A stretch of DNA of 64,000 nucleotides, taken from the IMG/VR virus record IMGVR_UViG_3300028553_000021; one strand, written 5' to 3'. The notes beneath the pieces were generated by a model. That model saw only the letters and a program-made list of their open reading frames with translations, was not told where the DNA came from and searched no databases. Below, piece by piece: positions 37,623-45,509 of this stretch. This DNA comes from an uncultured virus (IMG/VR IMGVR_UViG_3300028553_000021). Lineage: Duplodnaviria > Heunggongvirae > Uroviricota > Caudoviricetes. Both the position numbers and the translations under genes were made by a program. Each line of letters begins with the position of its first letter. The first letter of the stretch is position 1.

Positions 37623-37807
37623 TTCGCCTCCCCAAACTCGACAACCCCGCAACGGTTCCCGTTGAGGTCGACGAGTTTCTCGGGGACGAACCCAGAGGCC
37701 ATCGAGTCGGATACTTCACCGAGGATTCTGGATATCTCGGCGAACATTCCGTTCTCCTCAAAGGCTTGGTTGCCCGTCTGAATTTCGATCTTGAACTTGT
37801 GTTTCAT
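37619..37807 (-). CDS. Small protein, 'GNxAF..E..RIL..D.NGN.CG' family
   Basis: AAGGAGG RBS; paralogue at 37898. Confidence 0.7.
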   Translation of the reverse strand: MKHKFKIEIQTGNQAFEENGMFAEISRILGEVSDSMASGFVPEKLVDLNGNRCGVVEFGEAK

Positions 37808-37897
37808 TGTTATCCTCCTTTTGGTATTCGATCAGCACGGAGTATAGAATCTCCTGCCAGTCGTTGATTGCCTTGTCCATCTTGGATTTTGGATGCT

Positions 37898-38131
37898 TCA
37901 CCGCTTGCCCTTCTTCTTGGGCACAGTCACGATGCGTTGTTCAATTCCAGCGTCGATAAAGTCGGTTGTCCCGACCTTATTCCCGTTGCTGTCTTTGAGA
38001 TACACGCAGACAAACTCTTTACGCATCTCATCGACGAGACCTTGGAATATCTTAGCCAATTCTGGCCAAGGTGTGGGCTGGAAAGCATCGCCTCCCACCT
38101 TCACCTCGACTTTGAATACTGCTTCGCTCAT
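37898..38131 (-). CDS. Small protein, paralogue of 37619-37807
   Basis: AGGAGG RBS; 'KDSNGNKVG'. Confidence 0.7.
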   Translation of the reverse strand: MSEAVFKVEVKVGGDAFQPTPWPELAKIFQGLVDEMRKEFVCVYLKDSNGNKVGTTDFIDAGIEQRIVTVPKKKGKR

Positions 38132-38253
38132 AGGTCAACTCCTCCTTTCTTTAATAGCCATACCGCGGCAAAACCCAGCAGGATGCAGGGTAATACCCAT
38201 TGGCCGATCTTCCAGAACACGAGTGCCAGGAATACCGCATTCTCAATGGTCAT
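38128..38253 (-). CDS. Small membrane protein (41 aa)
   Basis: MTIENAVFLALVFWKIGQWVLPCILLGFAAVWLLKKGGVDL. Confidence 0.5.
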   Translation of the reverse strand: MTIENAVFLALVFWKIGQWVLPCILLGFAAVWLLKKGGVDL

Positions 38254-38486
38254 TTACGCCTACCTACTTGGATGTTGGAGTTGCGATTCTCGAACCGAGT
38301 CCGATGATATCGCTTCTCCATGATTGCTTCGATGATGGGTTCGCTGGCTCGGTGGAATCGTTTGGACTTACGCCCAACATCTCCACTCCCTCGGATGCAT
38401 CGCACATCCACGAGGTCTCGCCTGCCCGTTATCTTGTCCCACTCTTGGGGGCGTTCGATTGGATTCAATATGATGTCGTCTTGCAT
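38250..38486 (-). CDS. Hypothetical protein
   Basis: GGAGG RBS. Confidence 0.55.
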   Translation of the reverse strand: MQDDIILNPIERPQEWDKITGRRDLVDVRCIRGSGDVGRKSKRFHRASEPIIEAIMEKRYHRTRFENRNSNIQVGRRK

Positions 38487-38677
38487 ATACCTCCCATTTC
38501 CTCATAGGTCTCGCCTGCCAGAGCCAAGAAGTCATCCGACTCCTTTCTTGTTAGCTTGCAAGCCAGACCCAGAGCTTGTTGAGTAGCATCTGACTCGTCC
38601 TTGGCGTGGATACACACGGCCATACGGCCGAATGGATTCTCCCATGCCCAGACGAATACTCTGTATTCTTTTTGCAT
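38465..38677 (-). CDS. Hypothetical protein
   Basis: Operon packing. Confidence 0.55.
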   Translation of the reverse strand: MQKEYRVFVWAWENPFGRMAVCIHAKDESDATQQALGLACKLTRKESDDFLALAGETYEEMGGICKTTSY

Positions 38678-38686
38678 ATAGGCTTT

Positions 38687-38926
38687 CTATACCGCCCGCC
38701 CGCCTGCGAAAAGAACATTCCGCAGGACAGACTGCTGGCCTTTGCGATTGGTTATCTTCTTGTGGCGTTCAAAATCCTCGGGGTTCTTGAACACTTGCAG
38801 AATCCCACCCGTCTTGTGGTGGAAGTAAAGTGCTCCCCGATAGCGTGGGACTTCCACACTACGGGGAACACTTACTTTCCTCCCTACTGGATAAGGCGGG
38901 GTTCGGGTTACGACCCCGGCGTCCAC
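38687..38926 (-). CDS. Hypothetical basic protein
   Basis: Fills the gap; start uncertain. Confidence 0.4.
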   Translation of the reverse strand: MDAGVVTRTPPYPVGRKVSVPRSVEVPRYRGALYFHHKTGGILQVFKNPEDFERHKKITNRKGQQSVLRNVLFAGGRAV

Positions 38927-39153
38927 ACGGGGAAGAGCTTGTCCAGCTCTGCCTGCGAGGGCATCTCGTATCGGATTTTGACTCCGAAGTCGGATGCTTT
39001 CGCATTCACCATCCGCAGGTCGGCGTTGTATTCACGCTGAGCCTGCTCGATGGCGAACTTGGGGTTGCGGTTGGCAGAACCTACATAGTCAACTCGGTTG
39101 AGCTTGGCTGAGTATGTTCCATTGGAATTGCATATGATGGTATGCTCTTTCAT
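38908..39153 (-). CDS. Hypothetical protein
   Basis: GAGG RBS. Confidence 0.6.
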   Translation of the reverse strand: MKEHTIICNSNGTYSAKLNRVDYVGSANRNPKFAIEQAQREYNADLRMVNAKASDFGVKIRYEMPSQAELDKLFPVWTPGS

Positions 39154-39224
39154 TGGTTACCTCTTTCTGTTTGGGTTTACCTTGTCTTACCTTCACCTAG
39201 CGATGAAGGGTGTAGAGTCCTCGG

Positions 39225-39386
39225 TTAAGGACTGTTCACCGTTCGCCTATCAAGGCGGATTATGTAGACATCGTCTCGGTCTTCGCTCCATCCTTTCTCT
39301 TTCAAGAAGGATTCGGCTCGCTCGAGATTCTCGAATCTCCCCGCGATGTATCCGTTGCGAATCACGAACCATTTATTTTTACGCAT
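39225..39386 (-). CDS. Hypothetical protein (53 aa)
   Basis: GAAAGGAG RBS; MRKNKWFVIRNGYIAGRFENLERAESFL... Confidence 0.6.
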   Translation of the reverse strand: MRKNKWFVIRNGYIAGRFENLERAESFLKEKGWSEDRDDVYIIRLDRRTVNSP

Positions 39387-39419
39387 TGCATTCTCCTTTC
39401 ATTTGGTTATATACTGCTT

Positions 39420-39935
39420 GTGCCCAAGAAGTTGGATATTGATTGGAAGGCCATAGAAGGTTTATACACTATGGGAATGAAACCCGATGCAATAGCCCAC
39501 ACATATAACCTTAACATTCAATCACTTCGAACAAGGATTAAAAGGGGTCAATGGAAGGTTCAAAAGGATGCACTACGGGCTCAAAAAGAGGTCATAGTGA
39601 CCCAAGATAGGGCTCAACTGGTTGCCAATGCTGGCACCGCCTATCAACAGAGGCTGATAAAGCATGTCGAAGCTGGGATGGGCGTCCTCGATGACAATCT
39701 CCCCACCACCCGCCCCGAAGTCTCCCAACACTTCGATGCGTTGGGTAAAGTGGATAAGATTGCGAGTCGGGCGTATGGATTAGAATCCACGGTGAACGGT
39801 GGACACTCCACAACCCTCAATCTTAACCTTTTGCGGGTGGATGGTCAACTTGACCCCATTCACCTAAAACCTTGCACCGCAGAGACTTCCACCGAAAAGC
39901 CACAAGTGATTGATATTCAGTCAGTTGCTACTTGA
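39420..39935 (+). CDS. Terminase small subunit-like HTH protein
   Basis: 'IDWKAIEGLYTMG...IAHTYNL..QSLRTRIKRGQW' N-terminal HTH typical of TerS; helical middle. Confidence 0.6.
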   Translation: MPKKLDIDWKAIEGLYTMGMKPDAIAHTYNLNIQSLRTRIKRGQWKVQKDALRAQKEVIVTQDRAQLVANAGTAYQQRLIKHVEAGMGVLDDNLPTTRPEVSQHFDALGKVDKIASRAYGLESTVNGGHSTTLNLNLLRVDGQLDPIHLKPCTAETSTEKPQVIDIQSVAT

Positions 39936-39967
39936 CTTGATACATTACCTATTGTGCGACATTTGGG

Positions 39968-40153
39968 TTAGCTCTTCTTTTCTATGTAAAGTCGGCCATC
40001 CTCCATCCAGAGGATATCGCCGTTCTCCAAAGTTTTTCCCCGCCGTATGATGACGGACTTCGGGCGGTAGGTGTAGGGTTTGCGAACCCGATACATACCG
40101 CACTGCCGTATGCCGTCCATCGTGTTGCGTTTCATTCCAGTTGAATAGAACAT
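39968..40153 (-). CDS. Small basic hypothetical protein
   Basis: ORF in the early orientation. Confidence 0.45.
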   Translation of the reverse strand: MFYSTGMKRNTMDGIRQCGMYRVRKPYTYRPKSVIIRRGKTLENGDILWMEDGRLYIEKKS

Positions 40154-40232
40154 ACTACCTGCTTTCTCCGCCTGTTAGCGGTGGCGAGGCAGGTGATGAG
40201 CCTGCCCCGCTGACCGATAACCCTTGGTAGGA

Positions 40233-40673
40233 TTAGCTATTGAGTTCGATAGCGGGTGCCTGATTGGCCTTAATGATGGCCAGCACCTGATCGAGCTTGT
40301 CTTCAGGCAAGGATGCAAGGGCTTCCAGCATCTTGCTCTGATCGTTCTTCTTCTCCACCTTTTCCCTGGGGATTTTCGGAACGGAGAAGCGGATAACGCC
40401 CGACTTGAGCGAACCATCCGCCTTGCTTGTAGTCTCCACAATCTTCTCCAATACCAATCCGCTAGCGCGGAACTTCTCCAGCCCTGCAACTGCCTTTACA
40501 TTCTCGGCGTTGCAATGGCGAGAGAACTCGGCACGATGCTCGGGTGAACCATAGACCAAGCCGTAGTGTTCAGAGTAACCTCTGAAATCCAATACCTTCT
40601 CGGTATTGGCGGTTGATGTTTTGTATTCACGGACGGACACCGCCCGATTGTTCTGTATGTTGATTAGTTTCAT
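40233..40673 (-). CDS. Hypothetical protein, first gene of the early operon
   Basis: TAAGGAG RBS. Confidence 0.7.
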   Translation of the reverse strand: MKLINIQNNRAVSVREYKTSTANTEKVLDFRGYSEHYGLVYGSPEHRAEFSRHCNAENVKAVAGLEKFRASGLVLEKIVETTSKADGSLKSGVIRFSVPKIPREKVEKKNDQSKMLEALASLPEDKLDQVLAIIKANQAPAIELNS

Positions 40674-40689
40674 TTTCTATTCTCCTTAT

Positions 40690-41260
40690 TATGGGGTTGA
40701 TTCTGCCCACCCTATCGGGCGAACAGATGACAACCCCCCACGAGTTAAGGCCTTCCCCGTTAGGGGTAAGAATCCTGCTCGCAAGGGGTTGTGGAGACTA
40801 CCGAATCTTTGGAAGATATTATGCTGGCCAAGCACCAAAGACTCTATTTGAATCGCATCCCGTTGGATGATCTTACTTGCCCACGCACCCTAGGTGACTT
40901 ATGCACACGGACGCTCCTACTCTCGACGAGGGAAAAGCCTAGGCCATCGCAAATGATGAGCGATGCCCTGCCCGCTTGATCGTGGGGCAATTTGGCCGTG
41001 GTAGCGGTTGCCCGCTTGATTAGGCTCAAATCCTGAAGGCGTGAGAGCGAATTCTTGCAAGATGGGAGGGAGCACCCTTGTAGCATCTACTGAACCCTTG
41101 CGGGTAGCATCGGTGGCCGTTTGCTTTAGAGAGCGAGTTGCCTCGCCCATCCTATTCACCCATCGGAGGGAATCGCCTTGAAGGCACATTTCACCTAGTC
41201 ACCTAGGTCATTCCTACTTCAAGCAGTCCAACCTCACGCTGATTTTCCAAAGAACTGAAA
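40690..41260 (-). ncRNA. Candidate large structured RNA/leader
   Basis: Several GCAA-capped hairpins on the - strand; 11-bp long-range stem 40889-40899/41197-41207; no convincing ORF. Confidence 0.55.
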
Positions 41261-41299
41261 GATTGTGGGCAATAAGTTGAGGGAGATTCTTTGCCTAGT

Positions 41300-41800
41300 G
41301 TGCCTGGGTAAGTTGTTGATTATTAAGGACTTACAAGGATAGTTAAGTGTAAGCCGTTGAAGGTCAAGGGGTTAGAGGGACTCCCTATCTCCACACCCCC
41401 GCTGGCGACCAGGAAGCTATGATATATGGATGTGAAAAATTTAATTTATTTTTATCCCCTTTGGGCTAAAAACCCACCCTATTACACCCAAAACCGTAAA
41501 AACAAGCCCCAGGGTGGATTATCTTGATCCACCCTAATATAATCAACCCACCCCCTAAGTCGTTGATTTTCTTCTGTAGTGGTGTATATGGTGGATTATA
41601 TTTATAATATATAGTAGTGTATAATAAAATATAAGTATGGGCACAGCCCCATTTGTTATATAGGTAGCTCTTTCAAAAAGGCCCTTTTAATCCACCATAT
41701 ACACCACGTCTCAAGTAAATCAACGACTTACGTCGAAAAACCTAATCCACCCTCTTTTTCTTAATCCACCCCTTTTTGACCCTTGACTATCAAGGACTTA
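41300..41800. promoter_or_regulatory. Origin/terminus-like element with inverted repeats and IHF-consensus sites
   Basis: Perfect 20-bp inverted repeat around an AT-rich core; WATCAA-N4-TTR sites; TAATCCACC repeats. Confidence 0.6.
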
Positions 41801-42006
41801 CGTTTTCGTCTTTTCGCCTTTGTAACTTCCTTAGGCTCAACAGCTTTCCAGATTTTGCAGTCTACATCCAGCTTTACGGACTCCTCCATGCAGAACCTAT
41901 ATATCTTCCATGACCAAGGATCCCATCCGAACCATGGAGTCCTAGATGTAAGGTCTCCGATCCAATAGTATAGATATGACACTGCGAACTGGAATCTCTT
42001 GATCAC
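41761..42006 (-). CDS. Small Trp-rich hypothetical protein
   Basis: 'YLYYWIGD...YRFCM..SVKLD...IWK' phage-type motif. Confidence 0.6.
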   Translation of the reverse strand: MIKRFQFAVSYLYYWIGDLTSRTPWFGWDPWSWKIYRFCMEESVKLDVDCKIWKAVEPKEVTKAKRRKRKSLIVKGQKGVD

Positions 42007-42025
42007 TTTTTCTTACATACTCCTA

Positions 42026-42480
42026 TCTGCATGCAATTCAAAGGCTTTAGCTTTGTTTTGCAAATTAGAAGGAAAACAGATGCTAGGTTTTTTACGCCTA
42101 GACCTAGGATTGAAGGGCACAGACCGATTCATACTTGGTTAATAGCCTCCATTATCTGTCACTTTTTGACAGCTCCTCGCAAATTAGAAGGTGTTGTCAC
42201 AAATTCTACATAGTTTTTGTGACGCTCGACATGCATACTTTTTCGCAAAAAGGCGACATATAACAGACCGATGTGCATAGATTGTCGGTTTACAGCGACA
42301 TGACACAGACCGATTCATACTTGGTTCACTGCCTCCATTCCAAACCGCTCGGTTCATATTGAAGGCTGGTTGAATAAGGAAGAGTTTCCAGTCCATATGT
42401 AAGTCTGGCTGGTATATGTTTTCATTTGCCCCGCACACTCCTGATCATTGACCCCTATATACCATTTTGGTACGAATCGT
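42026..42480. repeat. Mosaic of direct repeats and short palindromes
   Basis: 36-bp repeat at 42118/42304, 13-bp repeat at 42060/42179, at least 7 palindromes. Confidence 0.75.
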
Positions 42481-42529
42481 CTAGTGACATCCGCCCTCCC
42501 AGCCTTCCTAATTCTACTTGGCTGCTGGG

Positions 42530-43366
42530 TTATCGCTTTAGTAATGACCCGATCCAAGCCTTAACGCACTTGTCTATCTCACCGTACTTGCCCGGCTCAG
42601 TAAACCCCGAGCCTACCGAGTCGATCAGGTAGATCCCAAGGCAGTTCCTGATATCCCTGCTCTTGTGGATGAAGGAGCTGAGCTCCACCACCCTCCCCAT
42701 TATGTCCTCCGTGCTATATGAAAAACTCGGAAGCAGACATTTTGTAATCGCAGCGAACACTCCGGGAGCCATCGTGTCGATATCGTTTTTGAACTCCTTC
42801 CACTCCACGAGAGTTTGGATTGTAGAGCCCTTGGTGTAGAGCGTACCTATTGTCTGTGCCCCGATTGCTTTGATCAATTCGGCGAGGTCGTTGGCGTTGG
42901 GGTTCTGGCAAGAGAAGTAATCGTAGTCTATGGATAGAATCCATTTGTTGTCGCTAAACACCGGCGTGGATAAATCCGTCACCACCGTCAGGGAAAGGTC
43001 CTTCGCATCCCCCAACGTATTCCTCGGTGCATAATCTTCCTCTAAAAAGTAGAAGGGCACGGAGAGCGATGAGCCCAGTTTGATTCCCTGACCCGTCTTG
43101 CCAATCGAGAAGTTGTAAACCCCGTCCATGAAATCCATCGAGCTACGATCCTTAATCCAAGTTACTCGGTCCACCAATCCTAGATCCACCATCTTCGATA
43201 TAAAGTTGCCGATGTCTAGGTATCCGTTGAACATGGCCAAGTCGGAGTGGGCATCCACGTTCACAATCTCGAACGGGCCCTGAAGTCCGTCGTCCAGAAC
43301 CTTCCAGAACAATTCGTCGTGTTCTTGGAGATGACACACCTTCGGGATAGAACCTGGGGTGGTCAC
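42530..43366 (-). CDS. UPF0489/arginase-deacetylase-fold protein
   Basis: 'EHDE', 'VNVDAHSDL', 'LDIGNFI', 'LSIDYDYFS' metal-binding motifs; GAGGAG RBS before GTG 43366. Confidence 0.65.
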   Translation of the reverse strand: MTTPGSIPKVCHLQEHDELFWKVLDDGLQGPFEIVNVDAHSDLAMFNGYLDIGNFISKMVDLGLVDRVTWIKDRSSMDFMDGVYNFSIGKTGQGIKLGSSLSVPFYFLEEDYAPRNTLGDAKDLSLTVVTDLSTPVFSDNKWILSIDYDYFSCQNPNANDLAELIKAIGAQTIGTLYTKGSTIQTLVEWKEFKNDIDTMAPGVFAAITKCLLPSFSYSTEDIMGRVVELSSFIHKSRDIRNCLGIYLIDSVGSGFTEPGKYGEIDKCVKAWIGSLLKR

Positions 43367-43370
43367 GTGA

Positions 43371-45509
43371 CTAGTACTCCTCACGAGCCAGACTGATCTT
43401 CCAGATTGTAGTACCACGTACAATCTTTCGTTTCAGCCTCTCGTCTGTTGATGAGAGGTTAGCCAACATTCTTCCAAGGGCTCGGGCCCCATGGATAAAC
43501 ATCTTCACGGAGTCGCGGAGACTCGCGTCGTTCTGAAAACCCAACAGCAGTTCCGTCGCCGTGCCCGACCATTCGGTTTCGTCTGGGTGATCCTTGGCAT
43601 ACTGCTTTAGGTATAGGTCCAAGAATTCCGAGAACTCATGGGAGCCGGACGATGATCTGGATTCCTGTAATAGTATCGGATGATGGTAGGATTTCACACC
43701 GTACCGTTCCGATCCTTTTGTTTCCTGCGGAGCATTCCAGCTTACCAGCCATGCGGCGAAGTGGGGGATCTCTTTGTTGAGAGTAGCCCCCAAATCCGCA
43801 TGACTTGGGAACTCGATGCCGTGATCTTTAAACTTAAACAAGCTGATCTTGTCGAGGATACTACCATCGGTGTGGGGAATCGCCTGAATGGATTCTGGAT
43901 CGTCGTTGAGCGTATCGATGATTCTCCCCATCCAATCCACGGTCTGCGCATCGTGGAACTTCCTGTGATACGCATGGCGAGTATTCGCTACACCCTTCTT
44001 GATCATCTGGCTGAACCGCTTGTGGGACTCCAGCGAGTTGGCGGAGGACGAGTCGTCGACGTTCCATACGGCTACTTCGAACAGCTCGGCGTTGAACGAC
44101 GAACCATTGACGAGGTAATCCGATGCGTCGCTACCTCCCCCCATGAGGCTGGCGACAATGCGGGAACCGAAGAGAGTTTTACCTTTCCCGACAGGTCCCG
44201 CTATAAAGACCGCTTGTCCGGGTACGAGACGACCTTCAAGGGCAGAGCAGTAGAATCTCTTGAGCCACGCCATCAGGTAGATGAGGGAGTCATGCGGGTC
44301 TAGAGCCCTGTCTAGGAAGTTGGCTATCCATGGAAAGTTCTCTCCCCAAGCGTGGTTACCCTCCGCCGGCTGTACAAGCCGTAGGCGAGAGATGTTGAGC
44401 ACCCTACGCCCATTCTGGATCAGGACCTCTCTTGGGTCATAAAGACACGGTACAGGGGCATCTATGATGCGAGAATCGCGTATACGGCGCATTGCCTCAT
44501 CCGCTTGGGATAGAGTACCCCGTAGATCGGGGGCTCCGGATAGCCCAAAAGAGCCTATGATATCCTGCTTGGCTACCCCAGACTCGGTAGACCTCCACTT
44601 ACCTTCTAGGTCCCGACGCCAGTAATACTTGCCGTCAAACCAGAAACTGGAGATGGCACCACCGTACTGATCCTCTTGGAACTCCCGTACCCAGTTGGAC
44701 CCGAATAGGTCTGCCCAGTTGTAGAAGCTACGCTCCTGCGAGAAGGCAACCATGCCCGTCTCGGTGACGATTGTCGCGGTTGGGTTTGAGTTGGCTGTAG
44801 CTTCGGGGCTCCAGAACGCTGGGCCGCGAGCTCCGACCTCAAACGGTCCCATCCACTTTCCTGGGTAGGTCGCTTGCAGTCTCTCGAATACTTTATCGAG
44901 TGGGATTGCCGCGTCACCTTCGCCACGATATTTGCGGGCTCGCTCTACTGCGATCCCCAAAAGATTATGGATTGCATTAACTTTGATCGGTGTTTCGCTG
45001 AAGGAGATCGCCGGTGGCATCCAGCAGTAATATTGTTCGGGACGATTGATGTTGTCGTCGAGTCCGGGGAAAAGGTTTTTCGCATTGGTTTCTTTTATTA
45101 GTAGCCCGAGAAATTCTTTCATCACCCCAGGGAGCAACGAGATTGGTTCCTCGAACATCCAGATGACGCGGCAGTTCCCGCTGACAGTGCGGTGCGCGAA
45201 CATGGGTTTAAAACCCGTGCGTGTTCTACGTCCTAGCCCGTCGGTGATTTCTTCACGGGTCACGACTGCATCATAGTCGGCGATCAACCCGTGCATCTTC
45301 CACGGAGCATTTGTCTTGTTCACCCGACCGTGAGGATTGATTCCCTCGTAGGCGGAAACGAAGTGACCTTCGGTCGTGCTTAACGACACCCAGTCTTTGA
45401 ATGCATCTTTGCCTTTTGGAAACTCTGGCCAAGTCTTGATCTCCCAAGGTTTGACTGGTGTGATGTTTCCGCTCGATAGGTTAGGGAGTGAGAAAAGAGT
45501 TGTTTTCAT
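43371..45509 (-). CDS. Primase-helicase (primase-like N-terminus, SF3/DUF5906-type NTPase)
   Basis: 'ADYD' and 'TVSGNCRVIW' primase-like motifs; Walker A 'GPVGKGKT'. Confidence 0.8.
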   Translation of the reverse strand: MKTTLFSLPNLSSGNITPVKPWEIKTWPEFPKGKDAFKDWVSLSTTEGHFVSAYEGINPHGRVNKTNAPWKMHGLIADYDAVVTREEITDGLGRRTRTGFKPMFAHRTVSGNCRVIWMFEEPISLLPGVMKEFLGLLIKETNAKNLFPGLDDNINRPEQYYCWMPPAISFSETPIKVNAIHNLLGIAVERARKYRGEGDAAIPLDKVFERLQATYPGKWMGPFEVGARGPAFWSPEATANSNPTATIVTETGMVAFSQERSFYNWADLFGSNWVREFQEDQYGGAISSFWFDGKYYWRRDLEGKWRSTESGVAKQDIIGSFGLSGAPDLRGTLSQADEAMRRIRDSRIIDAPVPCLYDPREVLIQNGRRVLNISRLRLVQPAEGNHAWGENFPWIANFLDRALDPHDSLIYLMAWLKRFYCSALEGRLVPGQAVFIAGPVGKGKTLFGSRIVASLMGGGSDASDYLVNGSSFNAELFEVAVWNVDDSSSANSLESHKRFSQMIKKGVANTRHAYHRKFHDAQTVDWMGRIIDTLNDDPESIQAIPHTDGSILDKISLFKFKDHGIEFPSHADLGATLNKEIPHFAAWLVSWNAPQETKGSERYGVKSYHHPILLQESRSSSGSHEFSEFLDLYLKQYAKDHPDETEWSGTATELLLGFQNDASLRDSVKMFIHGARALGRMLANLSSTDERLKRKIVRGTTIWKISLAREEY

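Noticed and set aside
39180..39390. Hairpin-rich stretch as an ncRNA
   Set aside because: Largely explained by a 53-aa ORF with a strong RBS (39225-39386)
40690..41400. tRNA, tmRNA or self-splicing intron call
   Set aside because: No cloverleaf/T-loop/CCA end or intron core could be recognised by eye; kept only as an unknown structured RNA
42118..42339. 36-bp direct repeat as a mini-CRISPR or type III antitoxin
   Set aside because: Only two copies, 150 bp apart; no regular spacers, cas operon or toxin gene
42003..42425. A - strand frame interrupted only by TGA codons, suggesting recoding or selenocysteine
   Set aside because: TGA is used as a normal stop by many genes here, two of the TGAs derive from the same repeat, and the read-through product shows no recognisable motif
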